Source of the DNA: Candidatus Cloacimonadales bacterium
Lineage (GTDB): Bacteria > Cloacimonadota > Cloacimonadia > Cloacimonadales > DAONDQ01
DNA length: 64,000 nucleotides
Direction of reading: 5' to 3'
Assembly (NCBI GenBank): GCA_963662275.1
Contig: OY759316.1
Coordinates: forward strand, 2,304,001 to 2,368,000
Shown here: positions 52,891 to 64,000 of the stretch, piece after piece
Numbering within the stretch: position 1 is the stretch's first letter
Layout of the letters: every line of letters begins with the position of its first letter
The notes under the pieces: generated by a model
What the model was told of the DNA's origin: nothing
What the model saw: the letters and a program-made list of their open reading frames with translations, nothing else
Databases searched by the model: none
Made by a program: the position numbers and the translations under genes

Positions 52891-53874
52891 ATGGATAACA
52901 GAATTAGAGAATACTTCAATGAAAAAGTGCTTAGTGAAGCAGCAGCCTATTATAGCACCAGCATACCTGAACTAAAGGGATTGGATGGATTCGAAAACTT
53001 TATCTATGAGTTTGAACAATCCGGCAAAGCATATATACTGAGAATATCCCATACCAGCCGGCGCACCAAAGATATGATCGATGCCGAAATGCACTGGATA
53101 GAATATCTGCACGATCACAGAGTGAATTGTTCATTACCTTTGAAATCAAATAACGGCAACCTGGTGGAAATCGTGGGAGTGGGAGAGCACAGCTTCGTCG
53201 TTTGCGCCTTCGATAAAGTTCCCGGCTGCCATATCACCAAAGTACTGGATACTAAACAGCTTCGATATAATTACGGACGACAATTAGGCAGGATGCACCG
53301 TGTAACAAAGGACTATCAATCCAAAACTACACAACGGATTCAATGGTTTGAAGATGAACTGGTGAGTGGATTTGATCGTGTAGTGCCTCCAGATCAAAAG
53401 ATAATTATGGATAAAATGCGAGAAAACACCCAGCAGGTTATGGCTATGAACACGAATCGGGATAACTTCGGCTTAGTACACTTCGATGTACACATCAGTA
53501 ATTTCTTTGTACACAATGAAGATATATATATATATGACTTTGATGATTCGCAATATGCTTTCTTTGCGGCAGACATTGCCATCGTCATGTTCTATTTTAC
53601 TGAATACTGTCCCAAAGGCGGGAATAGAGAAGAGTTCATCAACGAGTTTTACCGGGACTTCATGCAAGGTTATAATTCTGAGAACTCACTGCCGGCAGAA
53701 GAGCTTGCCAAGATACCTATCTTCCTGAAGCAACGCGAATTGATACTATATGCAGCAGTCATTCAAGCCTATCGCGGAGTGGAATTTGATGCTTGGGCAA
53801 ATTGGTATATGACAGGCAGGCAAGAAAAACTGGAACAGGATGTACCCTTTGTGAATATCTCGCTTATTCCTTAA
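52891..53874 (+). CDS. APH-family phosphotransferase (homoserine kinase type II-like)
   Basis: LGRMH, GLVHFDVHISNF, YDFDDS. Confidence 0.85.
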   Translation: MDNRIREYFNEKVLSEAAAYYSTSIPELKGLDGFENFIYEFEQSGKAYILRISHTSRRTKDMIDAEMHWIEYLHDHRVNCSLPLKSNNGNLVEIVGVGEHSFVVCAFDKVPGCHITKVLDTKQLRYNYGRQLGRMHRVTKDYQSKTTQRIQWFEDELVSGFDRVVPPDQKIIMDKMRENTQQVMAMNTNRDNFGLVHFDVHISNFFVHNEDIYIYDFDDSQYAFFAADIAIVMFYFTEYCPKGGNREEFINEFYRDFMQGYNSENSLPAEELAKIPIFLKQRELILYAAVIQAYRGVEFDAWANWYMTGRQEKLEQDVPFVNISLIP

Positions 53875-54080
53875 CTCTAAATCATCTTTCTCTCCTTCTT
53901 ACTGATAGAGTTGACCCCCACTATACTTCGACTTCGCTCAGCAACCGTCAGATTCGGAAGGTGAATTACAGTAAGCAAGTAACAGAGTTGCCCCCCTACC
54001 CCCCTTCCCAAGTGGGGAAAGCTTCCGTCCTACTTGCATAATCACCCAAACCTGCAAATGAATATCACCAGCCATGTGAC

Positions 54081-54110
54081 AAAAAAGCCCCACTGTATGC
54101 AGCGGGGCTT
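54081..54110 (-). terminator. Intrinsic terminator
   Basis: AAGCCCCGCTG/CAGTGGGGCTT stem followed by a T-run on the minus strand. Confidence 0.75.
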
Positions 54111-54131
54111 AAGCATATTGGAATTTTGGAA

Positions 54132-56387
54132 CTATTTGATCTTGATTATTTTCTTAGTAACGTTTGTAACAGAAGTGCTCATTTGGGCGAAGTAAATTCC
54201 GCTTCCGCAGCCTTTTCCATCCCAAGTCAGGCTATGATTACCTTCGCCAACATCGAAGGTTTTCACCATTTGACCACGGACATTGTAGATGGTAACTTTG
54301 CCGAAATCACCAGCTTTCACTGAAACGCTGATATTGTTTGTCTGACCGTCACGGAATGGATTGGGGTAGACAGCATTAAGTGTAGAGATATCCGGTAGAA
54401 CAGGAGTGGGGTTACCAGTTATTTTTACTCTCTGAGGTCCATGCAGGACATTTCCGCCGTTAAAGTCAACATTTTCCACCCAGTAGTAGTAAGTGTGATT
54501 GGTTTCAATTTCTGCATCGCTCATAGAATAAACATGCTGCTCGGAAGTATTGGTGGCAGTGATGATATCTGTGTTTAAGCGTGAAGCATTGTTAACCATA
54601 TCATCTTCAGAACGATAAACGTTATATCCTAAAACATGAGTTTCAGATTCGGTAACCCAAACCAGGTTTACATACATATTAGCCGTCAGGACAGCAGTGA
54701 AGCTTGAGAGCTCTACCGGTAAGGTGGCGTCCTCGCTAGATATTATTACCGGGATCTCGTTGTTTGTGCCAAATGGCAGGTTTGCAAACGTCGTAAATCC
54801 ACCATTTTGTGGATAGCTGCTGCTTCTGTGCCAGCCTAATCCTCCGTCTGAGGGATCATCGTAGTAGGCTATCACATACCAGGTACCCGCTGGAAGGTCA
54901 ATCTTCAGGTCTGTGCCATGGGAACCTGTAAAGACCATCACCTTTGCGCTGGGTAGTGGATTGAGGGGCAAGGGCACCGTCAGTGTTTCCAGGCTACCGG
55001 GTTGAACGTCTAGTGGGATATTGGGATCGGCAGTATATATGTATCCGGCAAGATCAGCGTAGATGAAGGTTCCGGTGAAGGTGATGTTTCTATCGGAATT
55101 GAGATTGTTGATGATGTTGCTGTTCGAGCCGGGAGCAAGACTGAAAACATAGTTTTCCTTTTCAGCCTGGAAAGTACCGTTGTATCCGGCGGGCAGAACT
55201 ATCGGCAATATGGGGTCAATTCCATAATTGGTCGTACCAGTATAGATACGGACTCCGTCGATGTTTCCTGTGCTGATATTGATGTTGTAACCGGCTGAAG
55301 TGGTAGTAAAGGAAATCTCTCCACCATAGCCAAATCCTCCACCGTTTGCCCCCCAGGCTCTGACATAATAGGTTTGCCCCGGTGTCAGGCCTGTGACACT
55401 ATAACTGAAGGGACCGGTCGTGTTTACCGGACCCCAGTAGTGATAAGGATCAACCATGGGGTATGCATAGGTCGGATTTCCGGTTGTGTTCCAGACAAAA
55501 CCAATGACAGGATAGTCGCTACCTACACTGGAAAGCGTGCCATTTAGGGTGGCTGAATCTTCGCCTACCAGCGTTGCAGCTTGTGTAGTAACGGTAGGAG
55601 GAGTGGGAGAACCTATCCACTGGACAGAGCTTCCAAGCATTGCAAATTGTCCCGGACTCATAGGAACTGCGTAATTTCTGGTAACGGTATATTGTCCTTC
55701 AGTAAAAGGGTATGACTGAAGTAGATTGGGTTGAGGTGAAGTGATTGAAAGGTTCATATTGGCAACGATATCCGCCTGCTCTCTTTTGCAGTTCCAATGT
55801 CTGAATTCGTCCATTCTTCCCTTATACAAGTTGAGTACTTGCGCATCCTCCCCTAATTTAAACCCCAAAGCAGGGAGAGGATCATCCAGGATTAGATCTA
55901 TGGACTGATCAAAAACTCCGTTTATATAGATGCCATTGGGAGAAGTCCCGCCGATTCCCCAGATTACTGCTACATGCGACCATTGAAAGAGCGGCAAGGG
56001 AGCATTGCCTGTAGTAACCGTAACACCGGTAGATGTTCTGTTACGAAATATCACATTCCTGTTCACGTTAGTGCCAAAATCATAACCAGAATTCCCAATG
56101 CTTCCTAAGTGGCCCCCAAATATTTCTAAACGATCTGGATTTCCTCCGATCAAAGGTTCCATAGGGTAAACCCATGCTTCCATTGTAAAATCTCCTGCTT
56201 GAAGAGGTACTTGTGTGCTTATATAATTTCCAGATAGGCGTGGGAAGTATACACAATTGGTTTGCACAGTTGCGAAAATCAACCCGGTTGTTAGTAACAG
56301 CAGTAAAACAACTGCCGTTTTGTTCATCCATCCTCTGTAGAGGACACTTGTCAGATTGTTTTTGTTCATTTCATCTCCTTTTGTCAA
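54132..56387 (-). CDS. Secreted LamG/concanavalin-like and FN3-like protein with FlgD-Ig/T9SS-like C-terminal domain
   Basis: FTMEAWV, WSHVAV, GRMDEFRHWN (LamG); GLTPGQTYYVRAW (FN3); LPVELSSFTA; YPNPF. Confidence 0.75.
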   Translation of the reverse strand: MTKGDEMNKNNLTSVLYRGWMNKTAVVLLLLLTTGLIFATVQTNCVYFPRLSGNYISTQVPLQAGDFTMEAWVYPMEPLIGGNPDRLEIFGGHLGSIGNSGYDFGTNVNRNVIFRNRTSTGVTVTTGNAPLPLFQWSHVAVIWGIGGTSPNGIYINGVFDQSIDLILDDPLPALGFKLGEDAQVLNLYKGRMDEFRHWNCKREQADIVANMNLSITSPQPNLLQSYPFTEGQYTVTRNYAVPMSPGQFAMLGSSVQWIGSPTPPTVTTQAATLVGEDSATLNGTLSSVGSDYPVIGFVWNTTGNPTYAYPMVDPYHYWGPVNTTGPFSYSVTGLTPGQTYYVRAWGANGGGFGYGGEISFTTTSAGYNINISTGNIDGVRIYTGTTNYGIDPILPIVLPAGYNGTFQAEKENYVFSLAPGSNSNIINNLNSDRNITFTGTFIYADLAGYIYTADPNIPLDVQPGSLETLTVPLPLNPLPSAKVMVFTGSHGTDLKIDLPAGTWYVIAYYDDPSDGGLGWHRSSSYPQNGGFTTFANLPFGTNNEIPVIISSEDATLPVELSSFTAVLTANMYVNLVWVTESETHVLGYNVYRSEDDMVNNASRLNTDIITATNTSEQHVYSMSDAEIETNHTYYYWVENVDFNGGNVLHGPQRVKITGNPTPVLPDISTLNAVYPNPFRDGQTNNISVSVKAGDFGKVTIYNVRGQMVKTFDVGEGNHSLTWDGKGCGSGIYFAQMSTSVTNVTKKIIKIK

Positions 56388-56910
56388 AATTAATCTCTAC
56401 TTAGTATTGTTCATTACTATCCATATAAGCAATACATGGGCCAACGTCATTGGGAGAGATATAACATGCACGCGGCTATGTAGATACAGTATTTTTTTGG
56501 CAAATAAGACATAATGAAATATACTTCGCTTTATCTTCACTATTGCATAATTGCAATGCAATAGTGAAATAACCAAGCACCTTCTCGTTCTTAACTTGTG
56601 GGGGAAAGCCTAAATTGATTAAGGCAATTTTGCAGAATTGCCTGCACATCATGGCGAATTCACTTTGTATATGCAATCTTTGTACTTGTCTTATCGCTTA
56701 ACCTGTTTTTTCTTGACAAAATCAGAACCTTCATATTTTATGCAATTATATAATAAGTGTGTACTTATGAGTTTTTAAATAATTTCATATAACTAATCGC
56801 ATGGAGTTTGCATCTCTCTGTAAATAAACTAAATAACGTGAAATTGATTGTGTGCTGTTGCTATACAGGGCTGCTTTCAAGTTATGCGTTCTTGACTGGG
56901 AGAATTCGTT

Positions 56911-57912
56911 ATGAATAAGAAAATATATATAATACTGTTATTAATAGCTGCGTTAAGTTCTTTGTCAGCCCAGACCTTCAACTGGTATTCCCAGGCTGAT
57001 AGTCGCTGGAAACATGATACTCTCGGTAATTCCCGCTATAATACTATTGGGCGCAGCGGCTGTGTCCTTTCCTGTTTAAGTATGCTTGTCAATGCCGAAG
57101 CATCAACTCCGGCAGTTACCCCCGATCTTCTCAACTCCTGGCTTCAGCGTAATAATGGTTTCCGTGGTGCAGATATGAGATGGGAAGTTCTTTCTGACTT
57201 CGATGATACAATAGCAGGAATTCAGTATGAAGGGCAAAACAACCATAGGAATGATTGGGAATATCTCTCCAATGAAATCACAAAAGGTAATAAAGTTGTC
57301 GTAAAAGTTGGTTACGGAAGAGGACATTGGGTTTTAGTCATAGCTCAGAGTGGTCCTCAAAACAATCCGGCATCCTATATCGTCAACGATCCGGGGATTA
57401 GTCAATATAGATTCAAAACACTAGCGGATTGGGGTGGTTTTCGTGCTGCACGGTCATATTCAGGTAACTGGATTGATGCAAACACTGTTAAAATGCAAAC
57501 GAGTCTAACCGTTGCACCTGTATCAAAGAATGAATCCTTTTTATATAACCTGATTCATCTTGATCATCCTGCAGATGTATTTGTCAGTGTAAAAAACAAT
57601 CTACAAGTACCTATTGTCGGTTACTTTCTTTTAGCTATGTTTGATCAGGATGGTAATTATCTGAAGGTTATCGATTCAGAATTGAGTGCTATTCCCAAAA
57701 ATGAAGTGAAGGATTTCTTGTATTCAATTGAAAATATGCAAGAACTTCTGGAAAATAAATATGAATTACGTCTTATTTTCTCCAAATCTTATCGGGAAGG
57801 TGAGAACCCTGAAAGTGTTATCGCCCTAAGTCCTGAAGAGGGCGAGAATACTCTTTCCTATAAATTTGTCGATAATCCTGATGATACATCAGAGGAAGTT
57901 AATTCGAATTAA
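56911..57912 (+). CDS. Secreted peptidase C39-like protein
   Basis: YSQADSRW, GCVLSCLSM, GHWVLV, VNDPG. Confidence 0.75.
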   Translation: MNKKIYIILLLIAALSSLSAQTFNWYSQADSRWKHDTLGNSRYNTIGRSGCVLSCLSMLVNAEASTPAVTPDLLNSWLQRNNGFRGADMRWEVLSDFDDTIAGIQYEGQNNHRNDWEYLSNEITKGNKVVVKVGYGRGHWVLVIAQSGPQNNPASYIVNDPGISQYRFKTLADWGGFRAARSYSGNWIDANTVKMQTSLTVAPVSKNESFLYNLIHLDHPADVFVSVKNNLQVPIVGYFLLAMFDQDGNYLKVIDSELSAIPKNEVKDFLYSIENMQELLENKYELRLIFSKSYREGENPESVIALSPEEGENTLSYKFVDNPDDTSEEVNSN

Positions 57913-58017
57913 TCATCGTATCTGGTCTTGACATTAAACAAATAAGTACAATCTTCTTTACATTTTTTCTATCGACTTTATCATGACATATAAATTGATT
58001 CAAGCGTGTGATGGTAT

Positions 58018-59880
58018 ATGAAATATTGTATTGTAATTACTCTTGTCTGTATCTTTAGCCTATTTCTGTGTATTTTACATGCAGATGCTCAGGATGTGGA
58101 ACAGCTCTTAAAACAGGCTAAGATTACTTATTCCACTGCAGTATTTGCTGAAGATGGCGATTATATCGGATATATCGGCACAACAAATCACATTGAATGC
58201 AAATCCCTTTCTGAGATATCTCCCACAGTCGTTGATGCTTTACTTGCTACAGAAGATCGTGATTTTCTAACGCATGAAGGGATTTCGATCCGTGGACTTA
58301 TGAGAGCGACCGTTAATAATCTGAAAGGTTCCCATGAAGGTGGCAGTACCATTACGATGCAGCTTGCACGTACATTATATCTAACTCGGGAAAAGACGAT
58401 TAAACGCAAATTAGCAGAAATTGATATTGCCATGAGACTTGAAAGTATGCTCACAAAGCAGGAAATCCTTTTACTCTATTTGAATACTATGTACTACGGG
58501 CATGGCACTTACGGTATTTGGGCAGCTTCCCAGGAGTATTTCAGTAAACGTCCTTCTCGCTTGACTGTTCCTGAAGCATGTATGATTGTTGGTTTACTCA
58601 ACGCTCCTTCTGCATATGAACCTACTGCTTATCCAAAAAAAGCAATAGCTCGCAGAAATGTAATTCTTCATAATTTGGCTGAAATTGGTAAAATATCAAA
58701 TGCAGATTATGAGAAGTATGAAAAGATGCCTTTAAATCTCCATATTCGAAAACCCATCGGACAAAGTTTTATTGAATACTTAAGACAGACTTCCGGTTCA
58801 CAATTGAAATCCTTGGGTAAGAGTTTCAATGATGGATTGGTCATTATCAGTTCCCTTCAGTCGCAACTCCAACAAGCAGCCGAATATACGGTAAATGCAA
58901 ATTGGTCAAAATTTCCACCTGCCATGAAGACAGCACAGATTGGACTAATCAGCATTGATACCGATACCGGCAAGATAGTGGCAATGGTTGGGGGAAATCC
59001 ACAAGCCTCTCCTCGTGGAATTAATCATACTACCCAAATCAGAAGACAGCCTGGTTCTTCATTTAAGCCATTCGTATATGCAAGTGTTTTGGAAAATGGT
59101 CACCACCTTCGGGAAATGATCAAGAATACTCCCATCTCCGTTAAGGATGGCAGTCAAACAGTTTGGACTCCGACGAATCTTAAAAATCATAATAATGCCG
59201 GATCAGTAGTGACGATGAGAGCAGCGATCAAACATTCACTTAATTTACCTGCAATTCATGCTATCCTGAGTTTCACAACTCCTGATTCTGTTGTAGACCT
59301 GGCTTATCGCTGTGGTATCAGGTCTCCCCTTCGCGCCTTTCCATCCCTGGCTTTAGGAACAAGTGAAGTCTCTCCCCTGGAAATGGCTTCCGCATATGCA
59401 GTATTTGCAAACCAAGGATTGTATCATACTCCAACTTCAATTGTAAAAATTATTGACAACAACGGAAAAGTCCTCTATCAAGCTACATATTCAAATCATC
59501 TGGCTTTATCACAGGATGTTGTTTTTGAGTTAACAAGTGCCTTAAAAGATGTCGTAAATGGTGGAACCGGGTATACCGTGAGAGCTATTTATCGAGGTGT
59601 TGCAGCAGGAAAAACCGGGACAACAGAAAATAGCACAGATGCCTGGTTTATAGGTTACAATCGAAAAATAAGTACCGCCATCTGGGTTGGTTTCGATGGA
59701 AAATATCAAAAACTTCCTTCCGGCTATGATTATGGAGGAGTTGTTTGCGGTCCTATCTGGGGAGGATACATGGCTCGAGCAGCCAATTATTACCCTGAAA
59801 GTCAAAAACTCGATTTCATTCAGCCCGATTCCTTGGAATTGGGCTTACCTTTACAAGATAATATTAAAAGTCAAGACTGA
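58018..59880 (+). CDS. Class A penicillin-binding protein (PBP1A family)
   Basis: TEDRDF, GGSTITMQL, RKLAE; QPGSSFKP (SxxK), SLN, GKTGT. Confidence 0.93.
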   Translation: MKYCIVITLVCIFSLFLCILHADAQDVEQLLKQAKITYSTAVFAEDGDYIGYIGTTNHIECKSLSEISPTVVDALLATEDRDFLTHEGISIRGLMRATVNNLKGSHEGGSTITMQLARTLYLTREKTIKRKLAEIDIAMRLESMLTKQEILLLYLNTMYYGHGTYGIWAASQEYFSKRPSRLTVPEACMIVGLLNAPSAYEPTAYPKKAIARRNVILHNLAEIGKISNADYEKYEKMPLNLHIRKPIGQSFIEYLRQTSGSQLKSLGKSFNDGLVIISSLQSQLQQAAEYTVNANWSKFPPAMKTAQIGLISIDTDTGKIVAMVGGNPQASPRGINHTTQIRRQPGSSFKPFVYASVLENGHHLREMIKNTPISVKDGSQTVWTPTNLKNHNNAGSVVTMRAAIKHSLNLPAIHAILSFTTPDSVVDLAYRCGIRSPLRAFPSLALGTSEVSPLEMASAYAVFANQGLYHTPTSIVKIIDNNGKVLYQATYSNHLALSQDVVFELTSALKDVVNGGTGYTVRAIYRGVAAGKTGTTENSTDAWFIGYNRKISTAIWVGFDGKYQKLPSGYDYGGVVCGPIWGGYMARAANYYPESQKLDFIQPDSLELGLPLQDNIKSQD

Positions 59881-59937
59881 TTCAGTTCATGAATTAGAAT
59901 ATGGAGTATTAATAATGAACTAATAGGAGGTAATATT

Positions 59938-62046
59938 ATGAAATCACCCCTTCTCGTTCTCTTGATGCTCGTGTTAGCATTATCCTGTTTCGCCCAAGAC
60001 CACATATTGATCGACGCTGTCCATGGAGCCAACTACTTCTCTTCACCTGACGGTCCACGAAATATTGATTTCCAAGCCATTTTCCCCAACGACATAATAA
60101 CGGTCGCAAATCCCGACAGTTTGGCAGGAATGACATACCTGATTGATACCACCTATTTGGTCCAGGAGGGTAATTTGACCTTCACAATCGATCTGCCTGA
60201 AAGTGCACCTGCAGATTGTATACAAACCTTGTATGTTAATCTTGATAATTACCATGACTTCTTCAGTTTTGTTTCAGGTACGATAACCAATCCGAATGGT
60301 GATTTAGTACAAAATCTGTATGCTGGTAATGGTCATGCTGATAATGCATACGGAGCCGGATGGGTTGTACAAATTCAATTTGCGATTGAAACATGGGGTG
60401 AGTCACAACATATCCGTATAGGCTATGGAAACACGTTATTTTCCAGTTCAGCACATACGGGGTTATACGATCCTGCCAATTACGATGCTATTCTTAGTTT
60501 CTATAATAATTACTATTTTGCGTTTCTGGAAGATGCTCCTGATTATTCAGAGACAGATACACAAGCTCTGACTGAGGCATTTCAAAATGGCTTAAGCATG
60601 ATGCTTGCATACAACTATGCAACGGCTATTCCCGCAAAGCCCTTCATTCATATGTACACTAAAGATGATATGAATGCATCTGTCCAGGTTACTGTACCGG
60701 GAAAGAGATCATTTGCATTACCAAAACCGGAAGGGAATGAAAAGACTTTTGGCTGGAAGAACATACAGTTGAAACCAAACTCTGAGAACGAGCATCTCTG
60801 GGAATGTGCATCCAATCAACGATTCAATTTCATTGATTTTAACTTAACAGGAACAAATATCCATTTCCGAAATCAGACAGACACACCTCTATATGATCTG
60901 ATACTGGTTAAGAACATCGATCATCAACATTTCAAGATAGGGATCAAGGATAATCTGAAACCGGGTATTGACTCTCAAGTCAAAGAATGGAAGTCATTAA
61001 CAACTACCCAGGCAAAGGACTTCCTCAAGGAGGAATTATACAAGCAATGCCTGGAAGCTGGATTGACCGAGAAAGAAGCTCATCAATTTTCATATGGCTT
61101 ACCATGGGTAGATATCCTTATACTGAGGGCTATGCTACATTCTGATCAGTACTTTGGCTTCTATCATTTTGATAATGCCATATTTGACCGGTTGATTCCT
61201 TTGGATATCAAACCCACGCCATCTGCAAAAGAACGTAACTTATGGGTTTTGCTTTCTAATATTCAGCCAAGACAATCAGAACCAGCTCTAACATTAAATT
61301 CTCTCTTAGATAATGAAAAACAGGTGAATGGCAGCGAGGATTTCATCTATCGGGAATATGGAATGGTGGATGAACATTACTCAATGTCCCGTTCTCAAAG
61401 GAATATGGAATTCTTTGGATTCGACATTGATGCTGAATCGGTGTATGGATTCCCTCCATTCGCTGCATACGATAATCCTATGGGAAACGAATTAGCAGAA
61501 TTCACTTCGGTTGTTGGACAAACTGATGGTTCATTGAAATTCATTGTCGATAATCCAAGTCAAACTGGTATCTTTTCTTGTGAAAACGATCCTTTTCATC
61601 CAATCATTTTTGGTAAACGATTCTTGAATAATGGCAGGCTCATGGTATTGGGAGATACAGAGCAATTTTTATCAAATAGCGGTTATCCCTTCGTAAATGC
61701 AGCTATGAATTCGTTGATTCATAGTCCGAACCTGGGTACTCAAAACGCTTCGCCCTTGATCCCAATGCGAGAGAAAGTGCAGATATTCAATTATCCAAAT
61801 CCTTTTAATCCTGAAACAACAATCAAATTCTCTATACCTGAAAAGGGAAAAGTTGAAATTGAACTTTATAATATTAAAGGACAACTCATAAAACGAATAA
61901 TTTTTTTAAATATGGAAAGAGGATTGCATTCAATTCAGTGGAATGGTTTAAATCAAAATCATGAACAGGTTGCTTCTCAGATTGTTCTTTGTAGAATGCG
62001 ATATGAAGGTCGCGAGTATATACGAAAGATGGTCTTGGTGAAGTAA
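59938..62046 (+). CDS. Secreted protein with FlgD-Ig/T9SS-like C-terminal domain
   Basis: Signal peptide, NYPNPFNPETTI...YNIKGQ. Confidence 0.7.
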   Translation: MKSPLLVLLMLVLALSCFAQDHILIDAVHGANYFSSPDGPRNIDFQAIFPNDIITVANPDSLAGMTYLIDTTYLVQEGNLTFTIDLPESAPADCIQTLYVNLDNYHDFFSFVSGTITNPNGDLVQNLYAGNGHADNAYGAGWVVQIQFAIETWGESQHIRIGYGNTLFSSSAHTGLYDPANYDAILSFYNNYYFAFLEDAPDYSETDTQALTEAFQNGLSMMLAYNYATAIPAKPFIHMYTKDDMNASVQVTVPGKRSFALPKPEGNEKTFGWKNIQLKPNSENEHLWECASNQRFNFIDFNLTGTNIHFRNQTDTPLYDLILVKNIDHQHFKIGIKDNLKPGIDSQVKEWKSLTTTQAKDFLKEELYKQCLEAGLTEKEAHQFSYGLPWVDILILRAMLHSDQYFGFYHFDNAIFDRLIPLDIKPTPSAKERNLWVLLSNIQPRQSEPALTLNSLLDNEKQVNGSEDFIYREYGMVDEHYSMSRSQRNMEFFGFDIDAESVYGFPPFAAYDNPMGNELAEFTSVVGQTDGSLKFIVDNPSQTGIFSCENDPFHPIIFGKRFLNNGRLMVLGDTEQFLSNSGYPFVNAAMNSLIHSPNLGTQNASPLIPMREKVQIFNYPNPFNPETTIKFSIPEKGKVEIELYNIKGQLIKRIIFLNMERGLHSIQWNGLNQNHEQVASQIVLCRMRYEGREYIRKMVLVK

Positions 62047-62203
62047 TTTTCGATATCTAGTTCTTGCCATTTAATGAAAATGTGCCAGAATTTGATGGTT
62101 ATTTGGAATATTAGTAATAATCATTCTTTAGTTTGTAATCTGATTTTAATCAGCATTAAAACTAAGGAGATAGAAAACTGTAAATTAATCATGAGGAGAA
62201 ACA

Positions 62204-64000
62204 ATGAAACCTACTTTCTTATTCTTATTCCTTTGTTTAATCGTCTTTCCCATATTTGCCCAAGAACATATCCTGGTTGATTGTATTCACGGAGCAAATT
62301 ATGCTGTTTCCTTTGAAGGACCTGTTGCTATCGATTTTCAAGCTGTCTTTCCCAATGATATCCTTACTATTGTCAATCCTGACAGCCTGCGGGACTTGAC
62401 CATCCTTGAAGACCAAGATATTCTTGCAGGACAGTACACTTTCTTGTTTAACCTGCCTTCAGTTACCATCCCTGAAGAAATACAGACGCTCTATGTTATC
62501 GTTCACGACGATAGCGGTGTGATATTGAATGGGATCACGGGTACAATAACAGGACCCGACAGCATACTGACTGAAACTCTCTTCAATGGTTCCGGACACA
62601 TTGATGCAGCCTATGGAAGTGGCTGGGAAGTGAGAGTTCAAACTTCGAGCAATGCTCATATATTTGTTGGTTACGGTTCAACTGTTTTTTCAGGTCCCGG
62701 ACATTCAGGTCATTATAATCTCGAAAATTACGATGCCATCCTTCGTATTTGCGACTCATCATATCTTGCATTTTTGACAGAAACTCCAGATTATTCAGTT
62801 TCTGATCTCGGTGCAATATCAAATGGGTTCACAAATGGACTTTCTTTCATGAATATCTTTAATTTGATGAATATAATGGTAGATAAACCATTTATTCATA
62901 TGTATACGAATGAGAATTTGTCAGCTTCTGTCAATGTCTCCCTACCAGGAAAAAGAACCATGGCTTTACCCAAACCAGAGGGAGATGAAAAGGACTTTGG
63001 CTGGAATCAAATACAGTTGAAGCCGAATTCACAAAACGAACATGTGTATGAAGGTGCACTTAACCAAAAGCTTAATTTCCTACATTTCAATGTCTCAGGT
63101 TCAAGTATTGAATTCTATAATCAAATTGATGTTCCGTTGCAGGATTTAATACTGATTAAAAGCATTAATCCAACCCATTATGAAATTGGCACAAGCCCTG
63201 TTGTATTCCCTAGAGTAAATGATAGAATCAAACAATGGAAAACATATTCAACCTGCGAAGCAAGAGATTTTCTACTGGCTGAGTTATTTAACCAATGCAT
63301 AAAAAGCGGATTTACTCAACAGGAAGCACGGCATTTTTCCTCTGAACTTCCATGGGTAGATGTTCTATTGTTGAGAGCTGTAAAACACCCTGATCAGTAT
63401 TTCGGGTTATATCGTTTTGACAATGATATCTATGACAAGCTGATTCCCGTTGATATCACACCGTTACCATCAGCAGTAGAACGTAATATGTGGGTCATGG
63501 TGTCGAATATCCAACCCAGTGATTATGAACAGGCTAGCCCATTGAATAATGATATTACCAGATATTCACAGCAGAATGGAAGGGAGAATTTCCTTTATCG
63601 GGAATATGGCATGGTGGATGAACGCTATTCCATGCAGAATTCCACACGTGAAACAGGCTTCTTCGAAATCGATGTTTTTAATCAGGATGTATTTCACGGC
63701 GAACTTGCTTTTTTCAATAATCCTTTCTCGAACGCTTTAGCAGGATATGCACCATCACTTGTATTTCCCTATAGTTTGACCAGCTTCAGCGTAGATTATC
63801 CAGGACATTACGGTATTTTGTATGATGCTTTTGATGAAGCCCATCCATATGCTGTAGCGAAACCTATCTTAACCCAGGGAAGGGTGTTTGTCTTAGGTAC
63901 ATCAGCACAATTTATTAATGCAACTCAATTTCCTTTTCTTGATGCAGCGATGGATTCTTTAATTCATAGTCCAAACCTCATTACGGAAAATGCTCCTGAA
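62204..64000 (+). CDS. Paralog of 59938-62046, truncated by the window end (absent from the ORF track)
   Basis: RBS GAGGAG and ATG at 62204; MKPTFLFL...AQEHILVDCIHGANY...IDFQAVFPND, KPFIHMYT and YREYGMVDE shared with the upstream gene. Confidence 0.8.
   Translation, partial: MKPTFLFLFLCLIVFPIFAQEHILVDCIHGANYAVSFEGPVAIDFQAVFPNDILTIVNPDSLRDLTILEDQDILAGQYTFLFNLPSVTIPEEIQTLYVIVHDDSGVILNGITGTITGPDSILTETLFNGSGHIDAAYGSGWEVRVQTSSNAHIFVGYGSTVFSGPGHSGHYNLENYDAILRICDSSYLAFLTETPDYSVSDLGAISNGFTNGLSFMNIFNLMNIMVDKPFIHMYTNENLSASVNVSLPGKRTMALPKPEGDEKDFGWNQIQLKPNSQNEHVYEGALNQKLNFLHFNVSGSSIEFYNQIDVPLQDLILIKSINPTHYEIGTSPVVFPRVNDRIKQWKTYSTCEARDFLLAELFNQCIKSGFTQQEARHFSSELPWVDVLLLRAVKHPDQYFGLYRFDNDIYDKLIPVDITPLPSAVERNMWVMVSNIQPSDYEQASPLNNDITRYSQQNGRENFLYREYGMVDERYSMQNSTRETGFFEIDVFNQDVFHGELAFFNNPFSNALAGYAPSLVFPYSLTSFSVDYPGHYGILYDAFDEAHPYAVAKPILTQGRVFVLGTSAQFINATQFPFLDAAMDSLIHSPNLITENAPE

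Noticed and set aside
56400..56900. Long divergent intergenic region as a riboswitch or ncRNA
   Set aside because: Only short palindromes and a TTGACA box; no recognisable RNA motif

Overview
AT-rich bacterial chromosomal window, most likely Candidatus Cloacimonadota. This is an inference from several large secreted proteins ending in an 'NYPNPFNP..T.I...IYN..GQ' FlgD-Ig/T9SS-like C-terminal domain and from 'LPVELSSFTA' domains. Housekeeping blocks are peptidase M20-dapB-dapF-rodZ-lolC/E-lolD-tamB (minus strand), ndk, secD-secF, rsmA, 7TM-HD-ybeY-CNNM-DUF3108-vanZ-hisS-like-ridA-pduO-gpmA, and PBP1A. The outstanding locus is 43.65-52.8 kb. There a REP-associated HUH/Y1 tyrosine transposase (RAYT) sits inside a 19-unit tandem array of 110/111/144-bp units, each a concatemer of five different GTGG-led hairpin modules. 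An IS110-family recombinase has inserted into the array. Its downstream non-coding end contains a readable bridge/seek-RNA-like structure, with one loop matching the array repeat (target) and a second matching its own circle junction (donor). Two apparently identical Mutator/IS256-like elements with 8-bp TSDs also lie here, each 26-27 bp upstream of a TTGACA box. Other leads are a candidate arrest-peptide uORF before secDF, a degenerate HisRS paralog, and many dispersed REP-like palindromes and heptamer arrays. All calls come from reading the sequence by eye; no database searches were run.
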